From: a virus
IMG/VR virus record: IMGVR_UViG_3300006925_000007
Span: 1-64,000 of that record
Length of the DNA stretch: 64,000 nt
Direction: 5' to 3' (one strand)
The translations under genes and the position numbers were made by a program. Positions 19,162 to 27,732 of the stretch are shown piece by piece (position 1 is the first letter of the stretch; each line of letters opens with the position of its first letter). The notes beneath the pieces were generated by a model. That model had not been told where the DNA came from. It saw only the letters and a list, made by a program, of their open reading frames with translations, and did no database searches.

Positions 19162-19724
19162 TTGCTTTTGCTCCAAAATTCAATCAACTTACTATTTGTT
19201 TTATTATCAAAACATATTTGTTCTTTAAAATAATCAGATAATTCGCATTGTAACTGAACCCATGCGTTAATGTTATGTAACTTTAATAGTTCATAAGGAT
19301 CAATTGTAATATAATTTATATCTTCTATAGGTAAGTGGTCTTGGCCAAAAGTTCCTCCAGATAATTTTTTATGATATAATCTACGATGCCACTCAATACC
19401 CGCAGATGATCCAATACGAGAAAAAATAGTCATATGTTTATTCCATGGCTCTATTCTGTATTTAAAATAATTAGGGTCATTGGCGGTTAGGGTATGATCT
19501 CGTTGTATATTAATTAAATTAGTGGAAAAATTAATTCCAGTGTCTTTGAGCGGCACAGGTTCTGTATGAAAAAACCGGACTACATTTTGAAGGTCCCATT
19601 TATTGTTATCATTGATGCTAGTTTGAACTGGTGCAAATGCTGGATTTTGTCCTATCAACCATGATAAAAATTCTCCGCCATGTCCAGGTGAATACAATAT
19701 ACTTATTGCTTTATTTAATATCAT
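19158..19724 (-). CDS. Hypothetical protein, sulfotransferase-like P-loop
   Basis: N-terminal ILYSPGHGGEFLSWLI resembles a PAPS-binding loop. Confidence 0.4.
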   Translation of the reverse strand: MILNKAISILYSPGHGGEFLSWLIGQNPAFAPVQTSINDNNKWDLQNVVRFFHTEPVPLKDTGINFSTNLINIQRDHTLTANDPNYFKYRIEPWNKHMTIFSRIGSSAGIEWHRRLYHKKLSGGTFGQDHLPIEDINYITIDPYELLKLHNINAWVQLQCELSDYFKEQICFDNKTNSKLIEFWSKSN

Positions 19725-19728
19725 ATTA

Positions 19729-20061
19729 TTAATTTTCTAAGTAATGTTTTAGGAATAACAATGCAATCATTGTTACTGAGATTGAACTTAAAAGTGATAC
19801 CCAAAAGTTCCAGTGATTTAATGTAATGACAAATATTGGAAAGAACACTAAACTAACTAAAACAAAATATATTGTTTCTTGTGCTAGTTGTTGGAATACT
19901 TTAACATCAACTCCTGCGTAATACATAAAGACGATGCTGATAATACTACCTAATGGTATGCCAAGTATTAATGCACCGAGTGTAGGATTACCACGCTGAG
20001 CTGCCGTAACAACGCCTGCAACAATTAATCCGCCTATGATTGCTTTTATTACAAATTCCAT
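19729..20061 (-). CDS. Small four-TM membrane protein (GlpM/DUF3147-like)
   Basis: Four hydrophobic helices; KAIIGGLIV...LGALILGIPL. Confidence 0.6.
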   Translation of the reverse strand: MEFVIKAIIGGLIVAGVVTAAQRGNPTLGALILGIPLGSIISIVFMYYAGVDVKVFQQLAQETIYFVLVSLVFFPIFVITLNHWNFWVSLLSSISVTMIALLFLKHYLEN

Positions 20062-20078
20062 GTTAATATTTATGTCAT

Positions 20079-20108
20079 AAAAAAAGGCTTGTCGACCAAG
20101 CCTTTTTT
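20079..20108. terminator. Intrinsic terminator (bidirectional type)
   Basis: AAAAAAAGGCTTG-TCGAC-CAAGCCTTTTTT. Confidence 0.8.
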
Positions 20109-20127
20109 ATTATCTTATTTTATTTTA

Positions 20128-20991
20128 TTACAGTCGACGCATACATGTAACTTCTGCAACACGTTTCCACTTCTCGCCGCCCATTGCCTTCTTAAGGTCT
20201 GCAAGTTTGGTAACCATACGCAAACTAATTTCACGCATTATTTCTTTGTTATCTAACAAAAATGCCATAAGCTCATTTTGTTCCGCTGCACTAAACTGAT
20301 ATTCGTTAAGCATACCATCTGCAACAATCTGCTTACAACGTAATACTTTTTCACGCATTGTATCCATTGTAAGATCTAAGTAGTGACAACGTGACATGAT
20401 AGCATCTAAGTGATCTTTAATCTTACCACGCACCTTATCAAACTTAAGGTTAGTAATAAAGATAACACTACCTTTAAATTCAAAGCTATCTGGAATACCT
20501 TCTCGACGTAGCAATGCACTGTCTGTATTCCAGTTTAGTGTTCGCTTTTTACTTGAGTCAAGTGCCGCTTTAAGCAAGTTAAGACTTGTCTCATCATACA
20601 ACACTGTATCACAATCGTCTAGCACAAGAACACTATTACGATCTGCATTTTCAAACAAAACTTTATACAAACCAATTGCACTTGAGGCACCTTTGATAAC
20701 TTCAAAACGCATCTTGTTGCCTGCAAGTTTATCAAACAAACTGTTCTTTTCTAAAACAGCTTCTACACCAAATGACTTACCAACGCCTGGAGGTCCGGTA
20801 ACAACCATACCACGCACAACGCCATCAATTGACGCTTGTGTCATATCATCTAAGATACTAAAACGTTCACGCATACGTTCAATAATCTGATCATCGCTTT
20901 CATTTGGATTATCAACTGCATCATTTACAACTTCAATTAGTTTAGTTGCTTTCGAAGGACGCCCACGTTTTTTAGTAACTAACTTTTGCAT
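20128..20991 (-). CDS. AAA+ ATPase with N-terminal AT-hook-like motif
   Basis: Walker A GPPGVGKS, Walker B LVLDDCD, sensor ITN, arginine finger AIMSRC; N-terminal KKRGRPSK. Confidence 0.8.
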   Translation of the reverse strand: MQKLVTKKRGRPSKATKLIEVVNDAVDNPNESDDQIIERMRERFSILDDMTQASIDGVVRGMVVTGPPGVGKSFGVEAVLEKNSLFDKLAGNKMRFEVIKGASSAIGLYKVLFENADRNSVLVLDDCDTVLYDETSLNLLKAALDSSKKRTLNWNTDSALLRREGIPDSFEFKGSVIFITNLKFDKVRGKIKDHLDAIMSRCHYLDLTMDTMREKVLRCKQIVADGMLNEYQFSAAEQNELMAFLLDNKEIMREISLRMVTKLADLKKAMGGEKWKRVAEVTCMRRL

Positions 20992-21023
20992 TTAACAACT
21001 CCTATTTGTTAATTTATAATTAT

Positions 21024-21052
21024 ATATTACAGTAAGATGTCTTACTTGTCAA
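21024..21052 (-). promoter_or_regulatory. Sigma70-type promoter with palindromic spacer
   Basis: TTGACA-17-TAATAT; spacer AGTAAGA-CA-TCTTACT is a perfect inverted repeat. Confidence 0.8.
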
Positions 21053-21060
21053 CCTTTAAT

Positions 21061-21411
21061 TTACGCTACTTCTTTGAAACCAAAGTTAGCAACAACTTGT
21101 TTATTACCTGCTTCGTCTTCAATAATGTCGCCTACTGAACATGAATACATTGGAGCCAAACGCTCAATGTTTTCTTCTGGACCCATGTTACCTGTATGAA
21201 ATACACCATCAAGATTATCAGCAGTAATGTTTGATACATGTGTGTAATATCCACGTCTAAATGCATCACCGGCAACCATTCCTGTATCACTCTTACTAAG
21301 ACCCATGTCTAACTTTAAAGACTGCTTATGAACTGCATCATGCCCTTCTGCATTGATTAAGTCAATTTCAGCGTCTGTTAAGTGTATTTGGTATAGTTTA
21401 AATTGTGCCAT
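21061..21411 (-). CDS. Hypothetical protein (YodL-like)
   Basis: Start MAQFKLYQI at 21411 after AAGGAAGG; SCSVGDII...GF motif. Confidence 0.55.
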   Translation of the reverse strand: MAQFKLYQIHLTDAEIDLINAEGHDAVHKQSLKLDMGLSKSDTGMVAGDAFRRGYYTHVSNITADNLDGVFHTGNMGPEENIERLAPMYSCSVGDIIEDEAGNKQVVANFGFKEVA

Positions 21412-21444
21412 TTTACGTCCTTCCTTTATTGTTAATATACTTAT

Positions 21445-21473
21445 ATTATACAGCAAGATGTCTTGGTTGTCAA
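21445..21473 (-). promoter_or_regulatory. Sigma70-type promoter with palindromic spacer
   Basis: TTGACA-17-TATAAT; spacer contains CAAGA-CA-TCTTG. Confidence 0.85.
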
Positions 21474-21529
21474 CTAAATCAGCAAGAAAAAAACCCTTAT
21501 ATATCAAGGGTTTAAAACTTTTTTTGAAA

Positions 21530-22264
21530 TTATTTTACTAAAGTTAGCTTAACTCTGTTAAAAAGAGTCTCTTTTGCGTTACTATACTTGCTTAATTCCT
21601 GTTTATTAACAGTTCCACGTATAGTTATTGTTTTGCCTTCGATAATATCAGTTAGATCTGGCTGTTCTCTCCACCAAAACTTAACAATATCTCGGTTATC
21701 AGATACGCATGTAATCATGTAAACGTCACTTGACTGTATAAACTTAACATCTATTACATCTACTTCAATGTCATAGCGAGCGCCTTTTTTACCAACATAT
21801 TGGCTTATATGCTTTAGTTGAGACATTGTGTCGTTAAGTGCTTCACGCTTCTGGTCAATCTTTAAAGAATTTGGAACACTTGCAAGAATACTTACATGGA
21901 AATTATTAACATCATCAGAGGTTGCTCTTACTAGTCCACTTTCAAAGTTAGTAAGGCCACCGCCAAGTTTTTTCATCATTAATTTACCATTAATGCGTTC
22001 AATTTCTGCGGTTGCTTGATCTACGTATTTTTGATTAGGAATGTATTTTCCTTTAAAGTTTTTTACGGTTTGAATGATAACTGTTTTGTTATCTTTAATA
22101 TCAGTGTAGATTTGATTTCCATCTTCGTCTACTGTATTAGTAGGTTCTTTATAACCGTATCCGCTTTTAACAAAGCCTTGTGCGTCAAATACTTCAAATG
22201 AGATGGCTAATATTTCAGCCGGTGTATAATTGCTTATATCATTTTTTACTTGTGTTGCTGACAT
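21530..22264 (-). CDS. Hypothetical protein with C-terminal OB-fold-like segment
   Basis: SQYVGKKGAR...ITIRGTVNK...TLFNRVK; AGGAG SD. Confidence 0.6.
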   Translation of the reverse strand: MSATQVKNDISNYTPAEILAISFEVFDAQGFVKSGYGYKEPTNTVDEDGNQIYTDIKDNKTVIIQTVKNFKGKYIPNQKYVDQATAEIERINGKLMMKKLGGGLTNFESGLVRATSDDVNNFHVSILASVPNSLKIDQKREALNDTMSQLKHISQYVGKKGARYDIEVDVIDVKFIQSSDVYMITCVSDNRDIVKFWWREQPDLTDIIEGKTITIRGTVNKQELSKYSNAKETLFNRVKLTLVK

Positions 22265-22298
22265 AGTATTTCTCCTACTAATTAAACTTTATAATAAT

Positions 22299-22327
22299 AG
22301 TATACGGTAAGAAGTCTTACTTGTCAA
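22299..22327 (-). promoter_or_regulatory. Sigma70-type promoter with palindromic spacer
   Basis: TTGACA-17-TATACT; spacer contains GTAAGA-CT-TCTTAC. Confidence 0.85.
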
Positions 22328-22343
22328 CCTTTTTTTAGTCAAG

Positions 22344-22372
22344 AAAAAACCCAGTCCTAAAACTGGGTTTTT
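22344..22372 (-). terminator. Intrinsic terminator after the candidate ncRNA
   Basis: Minus strand AAAAACCCAGT-TTTAGG-ACTGGGTTTTTT. Confidence 0.8.
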
Positions 22373-22374
22373 AA

Positions 22375-22591
22375 ATAAGCAAAATAGGGAGGACTGGGGT
22401 GCACCTCCAAGTAGCACATCTAGATACCTTTTCTAACTACACTACCACCTACTCCTGCGTATCCGCAATGTGACTCCCTCCGTTTTCCGGGTAAAGCCTG
22501 GGTATAACCCCTGAGCAGTCAAGTTCGACGCCTAGGTAACGCCTCTTCCTTGCACTATAAACATTGAGCCGCTAAACTCTTTGTTGCTTAT
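22375..22591 (-). ncRNA. Candidate structured non-coding RNA, family unknown
   Basis: GC-rich ORF-free interval with own promoter (22598-22626) and terminator; 5' AUAAGCAA pairs with 3' UUGCUUAU; several internal hairpins. Confidence 0.7.
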
Positions 22592-22597
22592 GTATTT

Positions 22598-22626
22598 AAT
22601 ATAATACATCTTGACCGAAAAGTCAA
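22598..22626 (-). promoter_or_regulatory. Sigma70-type promoter of the candidate ncRNA
   Basis: TTGACT-17-TATATT; predicted +1 at 22591 is the first base of the terminal stem. Confidence 0.7.
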
Positions 22627-22645
22627 CCTTTTTTTTAAACTTTTT

Positions 22646-23350
22646 TTAAATTTTATATATGGTTTCTTTGTTACCTTTTGCAACTAAATTCCATGTTGTT
22701 TCTGTTGCTGTTCCTGTTATCTGCAAACAAGGTCTTTTAGTCCAACTACCATTCCATGTAACATGCGGCAGTGTGCTCCAATCCCATGCAAATATTGTTC
22801 CTGCTTTCCATTGTGTATACACAATGTTTCCAAATTGAAATATTTGTCCTGGTTCGTGATCTTCTAATGTAATTAAAAAACGTATCTTATCAGGATGCTG
22901 ATACTTAAACTCTGGGTTGTCAATAACTCTATCCTTGCGTGGGTTTCCGGGTAAGTTATCAATGTGCCACATTAACTGATCATTTGGATACTGATCGTTA
23001 AATTTACATGTTAGTTTCTCATCTGTGTTGAAACAAAACATGTCTGTAATCTTTGTAAACTGTGGAAACTCTCCTGGAAACTTATCGTAATTAACTTTAC
23101 GAAACATAGTTGTGTTTGGCTTTCCATATGGGTTGTCTGCATCTTCTACGACATGATCTTTGCTTTTAACATTAGCCGCATGCTCGTATCTTTGTTCGTT
23201 GTAGATTTGAGTTCGCACACCCTTGCTACGTGCATGTTCTATTTCTGCTTTCCAGTCGCCTGCTAATACGCCTGCGATCTTAACGTATTCGCCTTCTTTA
23301 TCTTCTTTAAATTTATCAAAGTGCCATGGTGTTTTAAAAGGTGAGGGCAT
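22646..23350 (-). CDS. 2OG-Fe(II) oxygenase-like protein
   Basis: WHID (HxD)...LPHVTWNG (distal His)...RPCLQITG (2OG-binding Arg); late motif at 23393-23399. Confidence 0.7.
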   Translation of the reverse strand: MPSPFKTPWHFDKFKEDKEGEYVKIAGVLAGDWKAEIEHARSKGVRTQIYNEQRYEHAANVKSKDHVVEDADNPYGKPNTTMFRKVNYDKFPGEFPQFTKITDMFCFNTDEKLTCKFNDQYPNDQLMWHIDNLPGNPRKDRVIDNPEFKYQHPDKIRFLITLEDHEPGQIFQFGNIVYTQWKAGTIFAWDWSTLPHVTWNGSWTKRPCLQITGTATETTWNLVAKGNKETIYKI

Positions 23351-23398
23351 TTATTACTCCTGAGTTTAGTAACACATCATTGTGCTCAGTATTATTTA

Positions 23399-23857
23399 TC
23401 AGAGTGATATATCTTCTAATCCTGCGGCACGTAGTTTAACTACATTATTAATTTGAAAGCCTTTGGCTTCAAGTGCCTTAATTATACCTATATATTTGTT
23501 TCGTATTAGACTAAAATCATTGATTAGATATTGTAAGTCTACTACGTCTTGTTCACCGTCTACATATTTTTCTGCATCACGACTACTTAATGCTTTGTTG
23601 TAATTTTCTAAAAACTTACGAAATGTTCTACTACGTAGTTTACGCATTTCTGTATTTAAATGTTCTAATATTGCTTCTACTTCTTGTAATTGATTAAATC
23701 TGTGTTCAACAATACCTGGCATTTCTCTACTGTGTTTTTCTAACACACCTTTCATACCACACTCAAACCTGGCGGCATCAATTTCACGTTCATAGAAAGA
23801 GATAGCCGAAACTATCTCTGCCATGTTCTGCGAAACTTTACGATACCAGTTACTCAT
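23399..23857 (-). CDS. uvsY: Recombination mediator UvsY-like
   Basis: Helical; YNKALSSRDAEKYVDGE...KGFQINNVVKLR; near uvsX. Confidence 0.75.
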   Translation of the reverse strand: MSNWYRKVSQNMAEIVSAISFYEREIDAARFECGMKGVLEKHSREMPGIVEHRFNQLQEVEAILEHLNTEMRKLRSRTFRKFLENYNKALSSRDAEKYVDGEQDVVDLQYLINDFSLIRNKYIGIIKALEAKGFQINNVVKLRAAGLEDISL

Positions 23858-24123
23858 TAATCTTCATCTTCCCAATATTCTTCTGCATATTCTTCGTCAG
23901 AGTCGTGGTCATCATTGACTTCAAAGTGATCTGCAAGTGCTTGGTCTAAATGTTCATCGTGATCACCTATTTCAACCGCATGTCTTGTTAGATCTACGCC
24001 GTAATCATCTAAAGTAAAGATATAGTCTTCTGCAAACTTTTCTTTATTTTTGTCTGGTATATGTGCTATTGCTTTATCGAAAATTTGTAAGAATAACTCT
24101 AAATCGTTATCACTCAGATTCAT
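23857..24123 (-). CDS. Acidic hypothetical protein
   Basis: Start at ATG 24123 after GGAGG; D/E-rich C-terminus. Confidence 0.6.
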   Translation of the reverse strand: MNLSDNDLELFLQIFDKAIAHIPDKNKEKFAEDYIFTLDDYGVDLTRHAVEIGDHDEHLDQALADHFEVNDDHDSDEEYAEEYWEDED

Positions 24124-25207
24124 TAATAACCTCCTGGTTAGGTTGTTCGCCATCGCTATCTTTTATGTGATCTGGTTGCATATCCCATTCATTCATAACA
24201 AGATCCAAGCAATTATCTTTGTTAGCATTCCAAGGTTTGCGGAACATTTTAATTACTTCACCTGTTACCGGGCTAATATATTCTAAACTGTTACCACTTT
24301 TCTTAAGAACATCTTTTGCTTCAAAGAATTCAACTAGTCCACTGTATGGACTCATACCTGTTTCGTATGGAATTTCTACTTGCACACTTTCAAATGGTTT
24401 TGCATAACGTGTTTTCATTACCTTACACGCTGCTCTAATACCAAATACTTGTGATGTTTTATTGCCTTCTGCATCTACTTTTAGTTTAAGTTTACGCATT
24501 GCGATAACAATACTACTTGCATAGATAAAGCCTTGACCACCTGAGATCTTATCATCTGGATCAAACATATCTTGTGATGCATATGTATGGTTTGTGCATA
24601 ACATACCAACATTAAACTCACCAAACATATTAACTGTGTTACGAACTAATGAAGTTAGTGCTTTAGGCTTACGACCCATATCACCTTTCATATCACCTTT
24701 TTGAAACTGATCAACATCAGTAGGTGTTAGTAACATACCTAAACTATCTACAACAAATAATACTTTAGGACGTTCTTCCTTTTCTTTATCTGTATATTCT
24801 GCTTTATAATCTTTCATAAAGTCACTCACTGTGCGAGCAACATCATCAATCATACTCATGTTTAGTTTTAGTAGTTTATCTTCAGCAGTATCTACGTCAA
24901 GTGCATGTAGCCATTTCTCATCTAGTGCGTTTTCACTATCAATAAGAACTACAAATATACCTTGATCTTGTGCTGCCTTAACTACATTACCTGCTGCAAT
25001 GTAACTTTTGCCTGCACCTGATTCTCCTGCAAGAACAGTTACTTTACCTAAAGGAATACCTTTCACAAAGTCGTTACTGATTAATTTGTTTAGTGTGTAG
25101 TTGCCTGTTGAGATCCATGTGTCTGGATCATTAAACCCGACACTTAGTCCGGGCACCGCTTTAGTAATACTTTTACGGAATTTGCTTACGTCAAAAGGTT
25201 TTGCCAT
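24110..25207 (-). CDS. uvsX: RecA-like recombinase UvsX
   Basis: GESGAGKS, IDSENALD, VVDSLGML, NHTY, SGGQGFIYASS, KTRY. Confidence 0.93.
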   Translation of the reverse strand: MAKPFDVSKFRKSITKAVPGLSVGFNDPDTWISTGNYTLNKLISNDFVKGIPLGKVTVLAGESGAGKSYIAAGNVVKAAQDQGIFVVLIDSENALDEKWLHALDVDTAEDKLLKLNMSMIDDVARTVSDFMKDYKAEYTDKEKEERPKVLFVVDSLGMLLTPTDVDQFQKGDMKGDMGRKPKALTSLVRNTVNMFGEFNVGMLCTNHTYASQDMFDPDDKISGGQGFIYASSIVIAMRKLKLKVDAEGNKTSQVFGIRAACKVMKTRYAKPFESVQVEIPYETGMSPYSGLVEFFEAKDVLKKSGNSLEYISPVTGEVIKMFRKPWNANKDNCLDLVMNEWDMQPDHIKDSDGEQPNQEVINESE

Positions 25208-25226
25208 TTATATCTCCAATCTAAGA

Positions 25227-25258
25227 AACTTGGACATGCTTATGCATGCCCAAGTTTT
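25227..25258 (-). terminator. Stem-loop between gp32 and uvsX (terminator or processing site)
   Basis: AAACTTGGACATGC-TTAT-GCATGCCCAAGTTT inverted repeat. Confidence 0.5.
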
Positions 25259-25263
25259 GTTAT

Positions 25264-26271
25264 TTACTTACGATTACGAATCGCTGCTAGAATGTCTTCT
25301 GCACTCGGTGCCGCCTGACCTGTTGTTGCATCTGCTGGTGCAGGTGCTGGTGCTGGTGGAGGTGTTACTGGTGCCGCTTCTGCAACTGGTGCCGCTGGTG
25401 CTGTTTCAACTGCTGGTGCAGGTGCTACAGGTGCCGCAACTTGTTCCGCTGGTGCAGGTGTAACTTTAGGTGCACTTGTTGGTGCGTCTACACCGTATGG
25501 ACGATAAAACGTTCCAAAGCGGTCTACATCATAAAGTTCACCATTTACACTTGCTTCAAACATTTCAAAGATAGCGTTTAAGTGATCTGCATCTGGCTTC
25601 TTAGGTAAGAAGTCATTTAGATTATGCAATCCATTTGCTGCAATTCCATCACGCTCTGTTTGATCTAAACTACGTGAACGTCTGCTCCAATTAGATGTGC
25701 TATAATCAGCATATCCACCTTTACTAGACTTGACTACTTTAAAGTCAGTTCCTGCTTCATAGTCTGTAGGAATCTCTTCAAACTCTGGATCCATTAGTGC
25801 TGCACTAATGATTTTATAAATTTGAGGTGAGATAACAAACCTACGAATAGGATTCTCTGGTGTGTTGTCTTCTGGTGAATCGTTTTGTGTAACAAAACCT
25901 TGAAAAATATAAGAACGCTTTTTCCAATACTTACGAGCAGTATCTTCTAAAGCTGGATCTTTAAACCAAGGACGAATTTCTGCGTGAACAGGACATTGCT
26001 CGCCCCACATTTCAACACAAGGAACTTGAACCATTACTGGTTTGTTCTCGTCTTGTCCTTTGACTCCTGGAAAGCTCAAACGGATCATTTGACGTTCTTT
26101 CCAAAAGAACGTATTTGATTCATCTGCGTCTGGTAGGAATCTTAGTGTTGCACTTGAACCTTCTGCGATGTTCCAATGTGCAAAGATGGCGTTGTCGCCG
26201 CCTTGTGCCCCGCCTTTGGGGCCTTTTTCCTGTGCTTGTAGTTTTGCACGGATTTCTGCTAATGTTGCCAT
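25264..26271 (-). CDS. gp32: Single-stranded DNA-binding protein (T4 gp32-like)
   Basis: LRFLPD, C..C Zn ligands, RKYWKKRSY, GTDFKVVK, YADYSTS; P/A-rich linker; EDILAAIRNR tail. Confidence 0.88.
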   Translation of the reverse strand: MATLAEIRAKLQAQEKGPKGGAQGGDNAIFAHWNIAEGSSATLRFLPDADESNTFFWKERQMIRLSFPGVKGQDENKPVMVQVPCVEMWGEQCPVHAEIRPWFKDPALEDTARKYWKKRSYIFQGFVTQNDSPEDNTPENPIRRFVISPQIYKIISAALMDPEFEEIPTDYEAGTDFKVVKSSKGGYADYSTSNWSRRSRSLDQTERDGIAANGLHNLNDFLPKKPDADHLNAIFEMFEASVNGELYDVDRFGTFYRPYGVDAPTSAPKVTPAPAEQVAAPVAPAPAVETAPAAPVAEAAPVTPPPAPAPAPADATTGQAAPSAEDILAAIRNRK

Positions 26272-26367
26272 AGTATTTCTCCTTTGTTAGCCTATGATAG
26301 CCTTTATTAGTTTTATAAAGTATACAATTCACTTGCATACAGTTGTTTTGCCTTTGTTAGCCTATAC

Positions 26368-26396
26368 AGTATACTACTTTAAGTGCTTACTGTCAA
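26368..26396 (-). promoter_or_regulatory. Sigma70-type promoter of gp32
   Basis: TTGACA-17-TATACT. Confidence 0.8.
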
Positions 26397-26413
26397 GCAC
26401 TATTTCCTATTTT

Positions 26414-27694
26414 TTAGGAAATTCTTTTACGAAGTTCTGCAATTACAGAATCTGTAATAGATTCTTCTTTTGTTACAGCTACTTCCATTTTTGTTGCTGA
26501 TCCCTTTTTATACAAGAAGTTAGCAATTTTTGCCGCTAACATTGTATTATTAGTTTTCATATCATGAACATCATTACTCATTTGTGTTAACACATTAAAT
26601 AATTCATCATTCTTAGTTGTCATACCAATATAAGATAACATCGCACTTAACTTAGCAAGTGGGCCCATTCCGCCGCTCCATTTTACTGGATCTTCGTTGT
26701 TAGGGTTATCTGGATCGTTTGCGTCAATATGTAATTTAAGATCATCTCCGGATTTGATTATAGCCATTGTGTCATTTAATAGTTTATCATGCATAGTATC
26801 TTTACCCTCACGTTCGTTAAAAATGCGAGATACCGTAGAAAGGACTTCATTCATGTCTACAGTCTCAAATGTATTATACAAGAACTTATCGGATATGTCA
26901 ACCGAGTTTTCTTCGGTTTCTACTATTTCTTTTGTTTGATAACTATTATAGCCTCTTAATGTTTGGAGACTTCTTACTGTTTCTTTAATGCTTTTTAATT
27001 GCGATTTGATAGTTTCAACTACGTTAGCATTGCCTTCGTTAACTAATTTGTTTTTTCTTACGTGTGTAAGGAACTGTGCCATTTCTGTTGCTTCTTTACA
27101 CATATTCATAATGCCTGTGCCTTTAGCATCTTCAAATGTTCCACCATGGTTAACATGCATGGCCATAGCTTTAGCACCTGCCATATATTTGTATGGGAAT
27201 CTTGTTTGTTCTTTATTTGCATTTTCAACAAATAAACTATGTATGTTTCTGCTTCTCGCTCCACGCTTTTCTTCATTAACACCTTTGCTGTGTCTAATGA
27301 TTAATCTTGCGTTTTCTAATTGTATGTAGCTTGTTTTTACGCTACCAAATGCTTTACTAAATCCTTCTGTCACGCTTTGATGTGAGAAGTCTTTTGGTTC
27401 TATGTTTTTATCAAATCTTTTCACTGTATATTCACCCATTTGTTTATGCACTGCACTCTTAAAACTATTTAACAGTGGCTTATTTGTGTCAATGTCAAAA
27501 CCTGATCCTATTTGAACCAATAATTCTAACTTGTTATCTTCTGAACGTAATGAAACCATCATATCATGTTCGTTGACATAAAATCTTGTTGCTTCTTCTG
27601 AATTTAATGTTTTTTCTCCAGAATCAGTAAATAACACCACATCGTAATTGGCGCCTTTTATAATATTAAATATTTCTTGTGCAACTGTATTCAT
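26414..27694 (-). CDS. Hypothetical late protein
   Basis: 426 aa; late motif at 27712-27718; RSRNIHSLFVEN...RFPY...AMAMHVNHGG. Confidence 0.6.
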   Translation of the reverse strand: MNTVAQEIFNIIKGANYDVVLFTDSGEKTLNSEEATRFYVNEHDMMVSLRSEDNKLELLVQIGSGFDIDTNKPLLNSFKSAVHKQMGEYTVKRFDKNIEPKDFSHQSVTEGFSKAFGSVKTSYIQLENARLIIRHSKGVNEEKRGARSRNIHSLFVENANKEQTRFPYKYMAGAKAMAMHVNHGGTFEDAKGTGIMNMCKEATEMAQFLTHVRKNKLVNEGNANVVETIKSQLKSIKETVRSLQTLRGYNSYQTKEIVETEENSVDISDKFLYNTFETVDMNEVLSTVSRIFNEREGKDTMHDKLLNDTMAIIKSGDDLKLHIDANDPDNPNNEDPVKWSGGMGPLAKLSAMLSYIGMTTKNDELFNVLTQMSNDVHDMKTNNTMLAAKIANFLYKKGSATKMEVAVTKEESITDSVIAELRKRIS

Positions 27695-27732
27695 TGTGTT
27701 CCTCTTTATACTATTTATGCCAAAACGTAAAA

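Noticed and set aside
21412-21507. Upstream extensions given by the ORF track (also 19127-19144, 16016-16048, 24124-24153, 57745-57759, 15031-15084)
   Set aside because: The extensions run through promoters or upstream genes; downstream ATGs have SD, coupling or promoter support
22375-22591. tRNA/tmRNA call, or a 10-codon ORF (MFIVQGRGVT) within the candidate RNA
   Set aside because: No cloverleaf, T-loop/CCA arrangement or tag-peptide ending; the mini-ORF has no SD and is of a length expected by chance
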